From: Pseudomonadota bacterium
GTDB lineage: Bacteria; Pseudomonadota; Gammaproteobacteria; JAKAQQ01
Assembly: GCA_027320085.1 (NCBI GenBank)
Contig: DAHVLZ010000009.1
Location: 320,001 to 384,000, forward strand
Direction: 5' to 3'
Length of the DNA stretch: 64,000 bases
Part shown: positions 8,769 through 19,059 of the stretch, piece by piece
Numbering within the stretch: the stretch's first letter is position 1
Layout: the number at the start of each line of letters is the position of its first letter
Translations under genes and position numbers: made by a program
The notes under the pieces: generated by a model
Database searches by the model: none
The model's input: the letters and a program-made list of their open reading frames with translations, nothing else
Told to the model about the DNA's origin: nothing

Positions 8769-9807
8769 GGATCTGCCTCACCCCAAGGCATCGACGGGGT
8801 GGCCTGACAGACTCGAGCGGCCAGCGTGTCCGGACGTGCTCGTCGGTTGTTGTTTGTTCGCCAGCCAGCCATCGGAGCCAAGCGACATGAGCAACCATGG
8901 CTGCATTATCGGTGCAGAACTCAAGGGGAGGGAAATACACACGGACCCCGGTGCCTTGGGAGCGCCGGTCAAGTGAGCTGCGGAGCCGTTGGTTGGCACT
9001 GACTCCTCCCGCGACGACCAACTTTGATGCACCGGTCTTCTCGAGAGCCCGCCAAGATTTTTCGACCAAAACCTCGGTAATGGCGGTCTCGAAGGCTGCG
9101 GCGAGGTCAGCACGATCCTGACTGGTCGGATCCTCAATTTGGCGGAGTGCGTAAAGGACCGCCGTCTTGAGACCGCTAAAACTCATCTCGCAGCCAGGTT
9201 GGGAGAGCATCGGGCGTGGTAACCGGAAACGAGTGAGGCATCCCGTCTCGGCTAATCTGGCCAGCGCAGGCCCTCCAGGGTAGGGCAGTCCAAGCAATTG
9301 GGCAACCTTGTCGAACGCTTCCCCTGCCGCATCATCACGGGTTGCCCCGAGAAGCGCATAGCGACCCAATCCATCCACCTGGACAAGCTCCGTATGACCT
9401 CCCGAAACCAGAAGTGCTACAAACGGCGGCTCGGGTGGATCTGATCCAAGCCCGGCGGAGAAGAGGTGGGCTTCGAGATGATGAATACCAATCAGGGGGA
9501 TCCCCAAGGCAAACGCCAAACCACGGCCGAAGGCCTGACCTACATGCAGGGCGCCCGGGAGTCCAGGACCTTGGGTGACTGCCAGAGCCGAGAGATCACC
9601 CGTGGATAAGCCCGTCTGTTCGAGCAGGCTCTCCACGAGGGGCAAGAGGTATCGGCCGTGGTCCCTGGAAGCCAACTCCGGAACCACTCCACCATAACGG
9701 GCGTGAACGGCCACTTGGCTGTGCACGAGGTGACCTTTGAGCCCATCACTGCCATAAAGCGCAACAGCGGTTTCGTCGCAGGACGTTTCTAGGGCTAGAA
9801 GGTACAC
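8761..9807 (-). CDS. tsaD: tRNA threonylcarbamoyltransferase
   Basis: LETSCDET, GGVVPELASRDH, HHLEAH, LLVSGGHT, DDAAGEAFDK, CTDNAAM; GTG start at 9807 inferred. Confidence 0.96.
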   Translation of the reverse strand: MYLLALETSCDETAVALYGSDGLKGHLVHSQVAVHARYGGVVPELASRDHGRYLLPLVESLLEQTGLSTGDLSALAVTQGPGLPGALHVGQAFGRGLAFALGIPLIGIHHLEAHLFSAGLGSDPPEPPFVALLVSGGHTELVQVDGLGRYALLGATRDDAAGEAFDKVAQLLGLPYPGGPALARLAETGCLTRFRLPRPMLSQPGCEMSFSGLKTAVLYALRQIEDPTSQDRADLAAAFETAITEVLVEKSWRALEKTGASKLVVAGGVSANQRLRSSLDRRSQGTGVRVYFPPLEFCTDNAAMVAHVAWLRWLAGEQTTTDEHVRTRWPLESVRPPRRCLGVRQIHA

Positions 9808-9814
9808 GGGGGTC

Positions 9815-9843
9815 TTGGCTTCGTGGATATTCTCGGGTAAAAT
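9815..9843 (+). promoter_or_regulatory. putative sigma70 promoter of rpsU-dnaG operon
   Basis: TTGGCT-17nt-TAAAAT upstream of rpsU. Confidence 0.5.
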
Positions 9844-9891
9844 ACCACGTTCACCTTGAGACAGTGCCAACGAGGAGAAACCCCAAACCCC

Positions 9892-10107
9892 ATGCCGACC
9901 ATCCGCGTCAAAGAAAACGAGCATTTCGACGCCGCTCTGCGGCGTTTCAAACGAGCCTGTGAAAAGGCCGGAATTCTCTCAGAACTCCGGCGGCGGGAGT
10001 TTTACGAGAAACCAACCCAAGAACGCAAGCGGCGTCGTGCGGCTGCCGTCAAGCGTTACATCAAGAAAAATGCCCGCGATAGTGTTCGGGCCCTTCGCGC
10101 ACACTAA
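9892..10107 (+). CDS. rpsU: 30S ribosomal protein S21
   Basis: [41 protein letters not shown]. Confidence 0.97.
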   Translation: MPTIRVKENEHFDAALRRFKRACEKAGILSELRRREFYEKPTQERKRRRAAAVKRYIKKNARDSVRALRAH

Positions 10108-10115
10108 ATCCAGGC

Positions 10116-10562
10116 ATGCCCATCACGTCTCAGCTGACCGACGATATCAAAAAGGCGCTGAAGTCTCGGGATACCATCCGCCTCGATACACTTCGCTATG
10201 CCTTGGCAGCCATCCGCCGTCGCGAGGTCGACGAACGGAGGAGCCTAGAGGATGCCGAAGTGATCCAAGTCCTGACCAAGCTTGTCCATCAGCATGAAGA
10301 ATCGGCGGCGGCTTTTCGCAAGGCCGGCCGTGAACGGGAAACTCAGGCCGCAGAAGAGGAAATCCGGGTGGTCTCTACCTACCTCCCTCCCCGGCTGGAG
10401 GGAGCCGAACTTCTGGCCGTGATTGACCGAGTCATCACTGAAACCCATGCGCAAAAGCCCCAAGACATCGGCCGCGTGATGGGCCGGCTCAAAGTGGAGC
10501 TTGCCGGCCGAGCAGATCTGGCCCAGGTCAGTGCCAAGGTCAAAGCCCGGCTGACTGGCTAG
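10116..10562 (+). CDS. GatB/YqeY domain protein
   Basis: IKKALKS...EVD...YLP...DIGRVMG...GRAD; typical rpsU-dnaG position. Confidence 0.9.
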   Translation: MPITSQLTDDIKKALKSRDTIRLDTLRYALAAIRRREVDERRSLEDAEVIQVLTKLVHQHEESAAAFRKAGRERETQAAEEEIRVVSTYLPPRLEGAELLAVIDRVITETHAQKPQDIGRVMGRLKVELAGRADLAQVSAKVKARLTG

Positions 10563-10587
10563 CCTTCTCCAACATCGACTTCAGGGA

Positions 10588-12309
10588 ATGAATCCGGGAC
10601 GCATCCCTCAAGCTTTCATTGATGATCTGCTGGCGCGGATTGATCTCGTTGCACTTGTGGGTGAACGGGTTACGCTCAAGAAAACCGGCCGTGATTTCAC
10701 GGGCCGCTGTCCGTTCCACGAGGAACGGACGCCGTCCTTCACAGTCAGCCCGGGAAAGCAGTTTTATCACTGCTTTGGTTGTGGTGCACATGGAAGTGCG
10801 ATCGGATTCCTTATGGCCTATGACCGCTCAAGTTTTCCGGAAGCAGTCGAGGCGCTCGCTGCCCGCCTAGGCCTCGAAATACCAGATCGCAATGCGGCGG
10901 ATACGGATCCCCACCGTTCGGCTGCACTATCTTTGACCGAAGAGGTAGCCCGCGAGTATGAAGCCGCACTTGCCACCTCAGGTAACGCCCGTCGCTATCT
11001 CAACGAGCGCGGAGTTCGCCCGGAAACAGCCCGGCGGTTCCGCCTAGGATACGCCCCCCCGGGTTCCTCACTTTTCAATCGCTGGAAAACCGACGTCGAG
11101 CGGACCCGCCTTCTCAAACTCCTTGGCCTGATATCCGAGCGTGGAGACCGGTTCCGCAACCGGCTCATGTTCCCGATCCGGAACTTGCGCGGTGAAGTCA
11201 TTGGCTTCGGAGGCCGCACACTGGGCGAAGAAACCCCGAAGTACCTGAACACGCCGGAATCCCTCCTTTTCCACAAAGGGCGGGAACTTTACGGATGGTA
11301 TGAAGCCCGTCAAAAACCAGACCGCCCCGACCGGCTGATTCTGGTCGAGGGATATCTGGATGCCATAACCTTGTCGCAGGCTGGTTTTCCTGAAACAGTG
11401 GCTACTCTGGGGACTTCGCTCACAACCGACCAACTGCAAAAAATGGTTCGCCATACTCCGGAAATCGTCTTCTGCTTTGACGGGGACACCGCGGGTCGGC
11501 GTGCCTCGTACCGGACCCTCGAACTCGTCCTACCCCTGGCCCGTGCTGGACGTCGTTTCAGGTTTGTCGGGCTTCCGGCGAACCAGGATCCCGACAGTTT
11601 TATCCGGGAGGCGGGTACGGATGGGTTCCATGTGCGTCTTGAACGGGGGCACCAACTGTCGGAATCGGTGCGATATGCGCTCGAGAAGCGCTTCGCGGGG
11701 AGTGGAGTTGAAACTCGTGCCAGTTTGGCGGCAGAAACCCAGCGGCTTCTTCTGCTAATCGAAGATCCTGTCTATCGTGAACTGTTACGGGAAGAACTTG
11801 CCCGTTACTTCAAACTGGATCAAGTACTTCCTCGGCCAGCTGCGAAAGTGCGGTCGGAGAGCAAGCCCCAGAAACCGGACTCACGGGTCCCAGTTGGACG
11901 TGGTGGGATTGTGCGACAGCTGTTCCTGCATCTCTTGCACCAACCCGACCTCATTGCCCTACTGCCTGCTGAGGCTGAACTTGACGAAATAGACCTGCCC
12001 GGTCTTGAACACGTGAAAAACCTCCAAACGGCCTCTAAAAGTCACGAAAATCTCACGACTGGCCGGTTGCTTGAAATTTTCCGGGACAGCCCAACCGGTA
12101 CCCTCATAGAAAGGCTTTTGGGGCAAGGCCCTCTCCTTGATGCCGAGGCCAATCGGACCGAAACACTGGGACTGATCGCCAGGATCCGGGCACAAGCCAC
12201 AACCCAGAAGCGCTTGAAGGCCCTCCTCGACCTGTCACGGACGAGAACACTCTCAAGCGAAGAAAAAAAGGAAATTCAGTTACTTGAGTCGAATCTGAAG
12301 GTTTCCTAG
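10588..12309 (+). CDS. dnaG: DNA primase
   Basis: CPFHEERTPSF...YHCFGC zinc finger, FGGR, KYLNTPE, VEGYLD, FDGD TOPRIM. Confidence 0.97.
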   Translation: MNPGRIPQAFIDDLLARIDLVALVGERVTLKKTGRDFTGRCPFHEERTPSFTVSPGKQFYHCFGCGAHGSAIGFLMAYDRSSFPEAVEALAARLGLEIPDRNAADTDPHRSAALSLTEEVAREYEAALATSGNARRYLNERGVRPETARRFRLGYAPPGSSLFNRWKTDVERTRLLKLLGLISERGDRFRNRLMFPIRNLRGEVIGFGGRTLGEETPKYLNTPESLLFHKGRELYGWYEARQKPDRPDRLILVEGYLDAITLSQAGFPETVATLGTSLTTDQLQKMVRHTPEIVFCFDGDTAGRRASYRTLELVLPLARAGRRFRFVGLPANQDPDSFIREAGTDGFHVRLERGHQLSESVRYALEKRFAGSGVETRASLAAETQRLLLLIEDPVYRELLREELARYFKLDQVLPRPAAKVRSESKPQKPDSRVPVGRGGIVRQLFLHLLHQPDLIALLPAEAELDEIDLPGLEHVKNLQTASKSHENLTTGRLLEIFRDSPTGTLIERLLGQGPLLDAEANRTETLGLIARIRAQATTQKRLKALLDLSRTRTLSSEEKKEIQLLESNLKVS

Positions 12310-12425
12310 CCGTTATTTTGATTGGGCGTGGGGCCGTGGGTCAGTCGAACCGGATGGATGGGTTATAATTAGCAGTTCCACCCGGCCTCCGGGTTAGCCA
12401 TCTCAACCTTCAGGTATCCCCGCCC

Positions 12426-14297
12426 ATGAGTGAGAGTGAAGACCGGAATATCCAACTCCGCCAGCTCATCGCCAAAGGCAAGGAGCAGGGCTATCTGACC
12501 TACAGCGAGGTCAACGATTTCCTTCCCCGGGATATTGTCGACGCTGAACAACTCGATGAAATTATTTCGGTTATCAATGATATGGGAATCATGGTCCATG
12601 ATTCCCCCCCTGACGCAGCTCTTGAACTCCTTCTCCTATCTGACCATCAGGTCAACGAGGACGACGAGGCCATGGAAGAGGCGGCAGCCGCGTTGGCATC
12701 GGTCGATTCAGCGTATGGCCGAACCACTGATCCCGTTCGCATGTACATGCGTGAGATGGGCCAAGTCGATCTCCTGACCCGCGAAGGGGAGATCGGGATT
12801 GCGAAACGCATTGAGGAAGGCCTGAACCAGAAATACGCGGCCCTCGCTAAATTTCCCGGGGCCATCAGCCGCTTCATCGAGGAATACCGGCAAGTCGAGG
12901 CAAACCAGATCAAACTCGGAGAGCTGATCCAGGGGTTCCGGGATCCCGTGAGTGGGGCCCCCCTGTCCGACGATCATGCGGAACCCATTCCGCTTATGGA
13001 GATCGGTATTGAACCTGCCGGTCCCAGTGATGAGACGGATGAGGAAGACCTGGATCCGGGTGTCTCAGAAGATGACCTTCCGGTCCTCGGCCCCAACCCC
13101 GAGCTTGCAGCCGAAATGGTCCGCCGAATCGAGAAGGCCCACCTCCGATCCTCGCGCGCCCTGGCCAAAAAGCGCGACGAACGCTCGCTGCGGACACTCG
13201 CCCAAACCGCACTCGAACTACAGCGTTTGCGACTCACTCCCAGAACCATGGATATTTTGACACGCAGTCTCAGGGAAACCATCAATACAATCCGTCAAAT
13301 TGAACGGGAGATCATGCGGTTTTGTGTCGACCAGGCAGGAATGCCCAAGCGGGATTTTATAAAGACATTCCCGCAGCGCGAAACCGCGCTCAACTGGATC
13401 GATCCCCACATTCGCGCCAAGCGTAAATGGTCGACGGCACTGCGAGTGGTCCGCCCGGAAGTCCACAAACTGCAAGAACAGCTGATCACACTGGAAGAGA
13501 CCTATCACCTCAAGATTGCTGATATCAAGGAGATTTATCGGCAGATGATGATGGGAGAAACCAAAGCCAGACGGGCCAAAAAGGAAATGGTAGAGGCCAA
13601 CCTGCGCCTCGTGATTTCAATCGCAAAGAAGTACACGAACCGAGGACTCCAGTTCTTGGATCTGATCCAGGAAGGCAATATCGGACTGATGAAGGCTGTC
13701 GACAAATTCGAGTATCGACGCGGGTATAAATTCTCGACCTACGCGACTTGGTGGATCCGTCAGGCCATCACACGGTCCATCGCGGACCAGGCCCGGACCA
13801 TCCGTATCCCAGTTCACATGATTGAGACGATCAACAAACTCAACCGGATATCCCGTCAGTTACTTCAGGAAAAAGGTCGCGAACCTACTCCGGAAGAATT
13901 GGCCAAACGTATGGATATGCCGGAGGACAAGGTTCGAAAAGTGATGCGAATTGCCAAGGAACCAATCTCCATGGAAACCCCGGTAAGTGACGACGAGGAC
14001 TCCCACCTGGGGGATTTCATTGAGGATGTCAATATGCCTGCTCCGATCGAACAGGCAACAACGGACAGTCTCCGCAACACGACCCACTCCGTGCTGGCGA
14101 CCCTCACACCGCGCGAAGCCAAGGTACTCAGGATGCGCTTCGGAATTGATATGAATACCGACCATACACTTGAGGAAGTGGGGCGGCAGTTCGACGTCAC
14201 ACGCGAGCGGATCCGGCAGATTGAAGCCAAGGCTCTCAGGAAACTCAGGCACCCCTCTCGGGCATCGCGCCTGAAAAGCTTCATCGAAGAGTTTTGA
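12426..14297 (+). CDS. rpoD: RNA polymerase primary sigma factor sigma70
   Basis: [61 protein letters not shown]. Confidence 0.98.
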   Translation: MSESEDRNIQLRQLIAKGKEQGYLTYSEVNDFLPRDIVDAEQLDEIISVINDMGIMVHDSPPDAALELLLLSDHQVNEDDEAMEEAAAALASVDSAYGRTTDPVRMYMREMGQVDLLTREGEIGIAKRIEEGLNQKYAALAKFPGAISRFIEEYRQVEANQIKLGELIQGFRDPVSGAPLSDDHAEPIPLMEIGIEPAGPSDETDEEDLDPGVSEDDLPVLGPNPELAAEMVRRIEKAHLRSSRALAKKRDERSLRTLAQTALELQRLRLTPRTMDILTRSLRETINTIRQIEREIMRFCVDQAGMPKRDFIKTFPQRETALNWIDPHIRAKRKWSTALRVVRPEVHKLQEQLITLEETYHLKIADIKEIYRQMMMGETKARRAKKEMVEANLRLVISIAKKYTNRGLQFLDLIQEGNIGLMKAVDKFEYRRGYKFSTYATWWIRQAITRSIADQARTIRIPVHMIETINKLNRISRQLLQEKGREPTPEELAKRMDMPEDKVRKVMRIAKEPISMETPVSDDEDSHLGDFIEDVNMPAPIEQATTDSLRNTTHSVLATLTPREAKVLRMRFGIDMNTDHTLEEVGRQFDVTRERIRQIEAKALRKLRHPSRASRLKSFIEEF

Positions 14298-14317
14298 GGC
14301 TGACCTGACCGATTCAG

Positions 14318-15004
14318 TTGCCCAGAGCGTGCCTAACGAACCCTGATCAGTGGACGGGAATCCTCTTCCCCGAGCCGGGTGTTGCCCGGCCTGGCTCTCT
14401 TGCTATACGGGAGGGGGCCGTCCTCTTCCCAGGTATGGCGGTCAAACCCAGCGACCTCCTGATGGAAGCGATTCTTGCGATCCTGGCACAAGCTCCGTTC
14501 CGTTGCATGAAGACCCCGGGGGGGCGGCGCATGTCGGTTGCCATGAGCAACTGCGGAACAACCGGGTGGATCAGCGACCGAAGGGGCTACCGGTATACAG
14601 ACCGAGATCCCCTGACGGGCAAGGCATGGCCACCTCTACCGGATAGCTTCCGAGATCTGGCAGACGCGGCCGCTCATCGTGCTGGTTTCCAGGGCTTTTG
14701 CCCCGATGTCTGTCTCATTAATGGCTACAAACCAGGGAGCAGCCTTTCTCTCCATCAGGATCGTGATGAGAAGGATGGATCCGCACCGATCGTTTCAGTC
14801 TCACTCGGACTGCCCGCGTCCTTCCTCTTCGGAGGTCTACAAAGAAATGATCCGGTGATGCGCATTCCCCTCTACCATGGGGATGTTTTGGTTTGGGGAG
14901 GTCCCTTTCGGTATGCATTTCACGGCATCGCACGACTGGCTTCTGGTCACCATCCCCTGACCGGCCCCATGCGCATCAACCTGACCTTCCGAAAGGCACT
15001 CTGA
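14318..15004 (+). CDS. alkB: Fe(II)/2-oxoglutarate DNA alkylation repair dioxygenase (start uncertain)
   Basis: TPGGRRMSVAMSNCG, WISDRRGYRY, HQDRDE, FHGI, RINLTFR. Confidence 0.93.
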   Translation: MPRACLTNPDQWTGILFPEPGVARPGSLAIREGAVLFPGMAVKPSDLLMEAILAILAQAPFRCMKTPGGRRMSVAMSNCGTTGWISDRRGYRYTDRDPLTGKAWPPLPDSFRDLADAAAHRAGFQGFCPDVCLINGYKPGSSLSLHQDRDEKDGSAPIVSVSLGLPASFLFGGLQRNDPVMRIPLYHGDVLVWGGPFRYAFHGIARLASGHHPLTGPMRINLTFRKAL

Positions 15005-15079
15005 CGGCGAGCCGGAACACCACTTCGAATGATCTCCCGGAAGGGTGGGGTCTGCCCCGGGTTCAGTTGTATCTCCAAA

Positions 15080-16261
15080 CTAAAACATGAAACCGGTTTC
15101 AAAAAGGACCCGGGCCTGATTCGTACTGTCTCCGTGAGGGCCAAAAATGTTGCCCGATACCCCATCAAGAACGTTCACAAAGGAAAATTCGGCTCGGGCA
15201 AAAAACCCCCTATCCTGCCAAGTGGGCGTGAGAGTCAGGGACCAAGCCCTGCTCCCAGGACCATACAGGAGATTCGCGGCTCCATCGCGGACATTCCCGG
15301 TGCTGGCGATGTATTCGACACGGGCGGCCAAAGAAAAACAGGGAGCAATCCGGTTGCTCGCAAGCAAGGCAATACCCCGGGTTGCGGTTCCCCGGCTGAC
15401 ACCGATCGATAGATTCCTTGGGACAAACGTGTACTGGAAATAAGGCTGGATAACCCATGATCTCGAGCTATACGTATAGACCACGCTATAGAGGTCGCTA
15501 TTGTTCTGATCCAACGGAGTCGCCGGACTGGAATAAACCGTCTGTCCGACATGACCCATCGCGACAAAACTCAGGCTACTCGCCGGATTGATGGTGTAGG
15601 AAAGCTCGCCCGAGATCCAATTGTATCGGTTCGAATAAAACCCATCGCCCCATTGTAGCGACGCGGCAAAGGATCCCACACTATAGTTGAGCTGGACTCC
15701 GCGTTCGATCGCGTTCTCTTGGTTCCAGAGCAGGCCGCGCTCAATATTCATGTTTTCAAAAGTAAAGGTGTATTCGGCGCCAATCAACGTCGGCAGCTTC
15801 CCGGCTTGAATCGAGAAATTCCGAGAAGGAACGATCTTCAGGAAGGCCTGTGGAAGAGCGCCGTAATACTCGCTGACCGTATTTCCAGTGGAGAGGGAGG
15901 GTGTCCCAAGTGTAGGTAAATTGTACGCGCCCGCCTGAAGGAAGAACTGGACCCAGCCATGAGTCTTCTGGATAAAAATCTGAGCGTTACTGATATCGGC
16001 ACGAAATGACCGATCCCCCCGAACCGTATGGTTCTGCCATACCCCGAAACCGCTCATGACGCCCGTGATATCGAGCTGACCAAGCGGACCCGCACGAAAA
16101 TGGATTGGGGCCAGTGAAGTCAAGGGACCACTCATCGGTGGCATAGGCAACGGGCTTGCCTGGGAGTAACGCGGAAGCCAAAGCAGGTTGCCAATTAGCA
16201 AAACGGGCAGGAGCTTGTACCAACCGGAGCAACGCTTGAGCCTGCTGATGGGTGTAGCCAT
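15080..16261 (-). CDS. outer-membrane beta-barrel protein (putative porin) at end of kdp operon
   Basis: Signal peptide ending SQA-S, alternating amphipathic strands, GKLPTLIGAE, C-terminal Phe; begins 8 nt after the kdpC stop. Confidence 0.75.
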   Translation of the reverse strand: MATPISRLKRCSGWYKLLPVLLIGNLLWLPRYSQASPLPMPPMSGPLTSLAPIHFRAGPLGQLDITGVMSGFGVWQNHTVRGDRSFRADISNAQIFIQKTHGWVQFFLQAGAYNLPTLGTPSLSTGNTVSEYYGALPQAFLKIVPSRNFSIQAGKLPTLIGAEYTFTFENMNIERGLLWNQENAIERGVQLNYSVGSFAASLQWGDGFYSNRYNWISGELSYTINPASSLSFVAMGHVGQTVYSSPATPLDQNNSDLYSVVYTYSSRSWVIQPYFQYTFVPRNLSIGVSRGTATRGIALLASNRIAPCFSLAARVEYIASTGNVRDGAANLLYGPGSRAWSLTLTPTWQDRGFFARAEFSFVNVLDGVSGNIFGPHGDSTNQARVLFETGFMF

Positions 16262-16269
16262 GGATTCCC

Positions 16270-16968
16270 TTAGGGCAACCCGGACATCTGGGGATCCTCT
16301 TGTCGGATTTTTAGTGAACCGGCCCTTGATGATGGTTGAGGGCCCGGCGCTTTCGCTTCGCCCAATAGGGCAGCTGCCACGCTGTGGTGTACCTTGCAAT
16401 AAATACGGTACAGGGCCAAGTTGAGCCGAATCACGTTCACGACCGGCTCACCGGCAATCCCACCCAAAGAGTCGACCAGAGAACTACGGATCAGCCGTCG
16501 CAGGACATTTGGGGAGACTCCACCCGTACGCGCAACACGGGGTAACTGATAGAGCGCCGCTGCAAGGCTGATATCTGGATCGAGCCCACTCCCTGAAGAA
16601 GTCACAAGATCGACGGGAATCGGCCCCTGAACCCCGGGATCTGCCTTCCGCAGCCGCCTGATACGATCTTTGACGTGGCTTACGAGCTCGGGGTTATCCG
16701 GACCTAGATTGGAGGCGCCCGAAGCTGCCGCGTTGTCAGGAAAGGATGGAGTTGCAGAAGGTCGCCCCCAGAAATAGCGCCGCCCGCGAAAATGTTGACC
16801 GATCAGTGCGGAACCCACAACCTGCCCATGGATTTTGATCAGCGAGCCGTTCGCCTGGTGGGGGAATACGGTTTGACCGATTCCGGTCATGGTCAATGGG
16901 TAGATGCACCCGGTCAGCACGGAAAGGGCAAGGAAAAGTAGCATGGAGGACTTGAAGTCTTTTAGCAT
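16270..16968 (-). CDS. kdpC: K+-transporting ATPase subunit C
   Basis: QANGSL, LIGQHF, YFWGRPSA, SGASNLGP, DLVTSSGSGLDPDIS, VNVIRLNLAL. Confidence 0.95.
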   Translation of the reverse strand: MLKDFKSSMLLFLALSVLTGCIYPLTMTGIGQTVFPHQANGSLIKIHGQVVGSALIGQHFRGRRYFWGRPSATPSFPDNAAASGASNLGPDNPELVSHVKDRIRRLRKADPGVQGPIPVDLVTSSGSGLDPDISLAAALYQLPRVARTGGVSPNVLRRLIRSSLVDSLGGIAGEPVVNVIRLNLALYRIYCKVHHSVAAALLGEAKAPGPQPSSRAGSLKIRQEDPQMSGLP

Positions 16969-16983
16969 GGATGGTCACCCTTC

Positions 16984-19050
16984 TTAGAGGAGTGTCAAAA
17001 GCACATCAATCAGCTTGATGCCGATAAATGGGGCAATGATTCCCCCAAGACCGTAGATCCAGACGTTGCGCCGGAGAATACGCTGGGCAGAGTCCGCCTT
17101 GAATTTAATTCCCTTGAGCGCCAGGGGGATCAGCAGAGGGATGATGAGGGCATTGAAAATCACTGCAGCCAATATTGCGCGCTGGGGAGAACTCAGGTCC
17201 ATGATGTTGAGTGCTTCCAATTGGGGGTAAGTAGATACAAACGCAGCAGGGATAATGGCAAAGTATTTCGCCACATCATTTGCCACACTAAAGGTGGTAA
17301 GGGCACCCCGGGTCATCAGCAGCTGCTTGCCGATCTGGACGATTTCAAGTAGCTTCGTCGGGTTTGAGTCTAAATCCACCATATTGGCAGCTTCGCGAGC
17401 AGCCTGAGTTCCGCTGGCCATACATAACCCGACATCGGCTTGGGCCAGCGCTGGCGCGTCATTGGTCCCATCGCCTGTCATGGCCAGCATATAGCCCTCT
17501 CCCTGGTACTTCCGAATGCAGGACAGCTTGGTCTCCGGCTTGGCCTCGGCAAGAAAGTCATCCACACCGGCTTCTGCGGCAATGGAGGCGGCCGTCAGGG
17601 GATTATCTCCGGTAATCATGATTGTACGGATTCCCATTTCACGCAACTCGGCAAAGCGCGCCTTGATGTCGCCCTTGACGATATCCTTAAGTTCAACAAC
17701 GCCCAAGGTTCGTTGGTCCTCACAAACCACAAGCGGGGTAGCTCCACGGCCTGCAATTCGCTCTATCGTGGCAGCAAGGTCATCCGGCCAAGAGCCGCCT
17801 TGCAAGCTCACCCACTGTCTCATCGAGTCAGGCGCCCCCTTGCGCAACCTGATCTCTCCCCAGTCCATCCCGCTCATGCGGGTTTCGGCGCTGAATGCAA
17901 TCTGCTTTGCATCGTCAGGTATTGGATCCTCACGATCAGCTAATCTTCTTTGTGCCAGAGCCACGATGCTTTTCCCCTCTGGAGTCTCATCTGCCACTGA
18001 AGCTCGCCGAGCCGCAGTGGCCAGCTGCTCTTCGGTGACGCCCACAACGGGGTAGAACGCGGTGGCCTCTCGATTGCCGAAAGTAATCGTTCCGGTTTTG
18101 TCGAGCAGTAGTACATCGACGTCTCCGGCTGCTTCGATCGAACGACCAGATGTGGCGACGACATTAGCCCGTAGCAGACGCATGATGCCGGCAATCCCGA
18201 TCGCTGGAAGTAAAGCACCGATGGTCGTTGGGATCAAGCAAACCAGGAGGGCAACCAGAACCGTAATACTGATCACATGGCCTGAATGGGCAGCATAGTG
18301 AACGCTATACCAAGAGAAAGGGTAGAGGCTCAGGGTCACTACAAGGAATACGAGGGTCAAAACAGCCAGAAGGATGCTTAGGGCTATTTCGTTGGGCGTC
18401 TTGCGGCGCGAGGCCCCCTCCACCATCGCAATCATTCTGTCCAGGAAGGAATTTCCAGCCTCACCAGTCACCCGGACGATCAGCCAATCGGAAATCACAC
18501 GAGTGCCACCGGTCACGGCACTGTGATCTCCCCCACCTTCACGGATCACAGGGGCACTCTCACCGGTGATTGCACTTTCGTCCACGGCAGCGACACCGAG
18601 CAAAGCCTCTCCATCGGCCGGGAGAATGTCACCTGCCTCGACCAGGATGAAGTCCCCCCTTTTAAGACTGGCCCCTGCAACTTCTCGACAAGCGGCCCCG
18701 AAGACCGGCTGGGCGAGCTTCTTGGCCCGTACTTCCTGTCGGGTCTGTCTCAGGCTGTTGGCCTGTGCCTGACCCTGACGTTCTGCCAAAGCTTCGGCAA
18801 AATTGGCAAACAAAAGGGTCAGCCACAACCAGAGATCGATGACGCCAGTGAACAGAGTTCCGGTGGAATGTCCCATGAGATCATGGACAAAAAGTGCCAA
18901 AAGCAGCCACGAACCGATGTAAACGACGAACATCACTGGGTTGTGCCACTGCTTCCATGGCGTCAGCATGCGTACGCTATCTCCCAAGGCTCCCCGGATC
19001 TGCTGTTCCCAGCCCAGTCGTGGAGCCTGATGTGTTCGCATTGAATTCAT
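16984..19050 (-). CDS. kdpB: K+-transporting P-type ATPase subunit B
   Basis: [38 protein letters not shown]. Confidence 0.98.
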   Translation of the reverse strand: MNSMRTHQAPRLGWEQQIRGALGDSVRMLTPWKQWHNPVMFVVYIGSWLLLALFVHDLMGHSTGTLFTGVIDLWLWLTLLFANFAEALAERQGQAQANSLRQTRQEVRAKKLAQPVFGAACREVAGASLKRGDFILVEAGDILPADGEALLGVAAVDESAITGESAPVIREGGGDHSAVTGGTRVISDWLIVRVTGEAGNSFLDRMIAMVEGASRRKTPNEIALSILLAVLTLVFLVVTLSLYPFSWYSVHYAAHSGHVISITVLVALLVCLIPTTIGALLPAIGIAGIMRLLRANVVATSGRSIEAAGDVDVLLLDKTGTITFGNREATAFYPVVGVTEEQLATAARRASVADETPEGKSIVALAQRRLADREDPIPDDAKQIAFSAETRMSGMDWGEIRLRKGAPDSMRQWVSLQGGSWPDDLAATIERIAGRGATPLVVCEDQRTLGVVELKDIVKGDIKARFAELREMGIRTIMITGDNPLTAASIAAEAGVDDFLAEAKPETKLSCIRKYQGEGYMLAMTGDGTNDAPALAQADVGLCMASGTQAAREAANMVDLDSNPTKLLEIVQIGKQLLMTRGALTTFSVANDVAKYFAIIPAAFVSTYPQLEALNIMDLSSPQRAILAAVIFNALIIPLLIPLALKGIKFKADSAQRILRRNVWIYGLGGIIAPFIGIKLIDVLLTLL

Positions 19051-19059
19051 CGACCAACC

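Noticed and set aside
14298-14340. tRNA-Ile(CAT) expected after rpoD
   Set aside because: No cloverleaf or T-loop (GTTCGA) signature; alkB follows directly.
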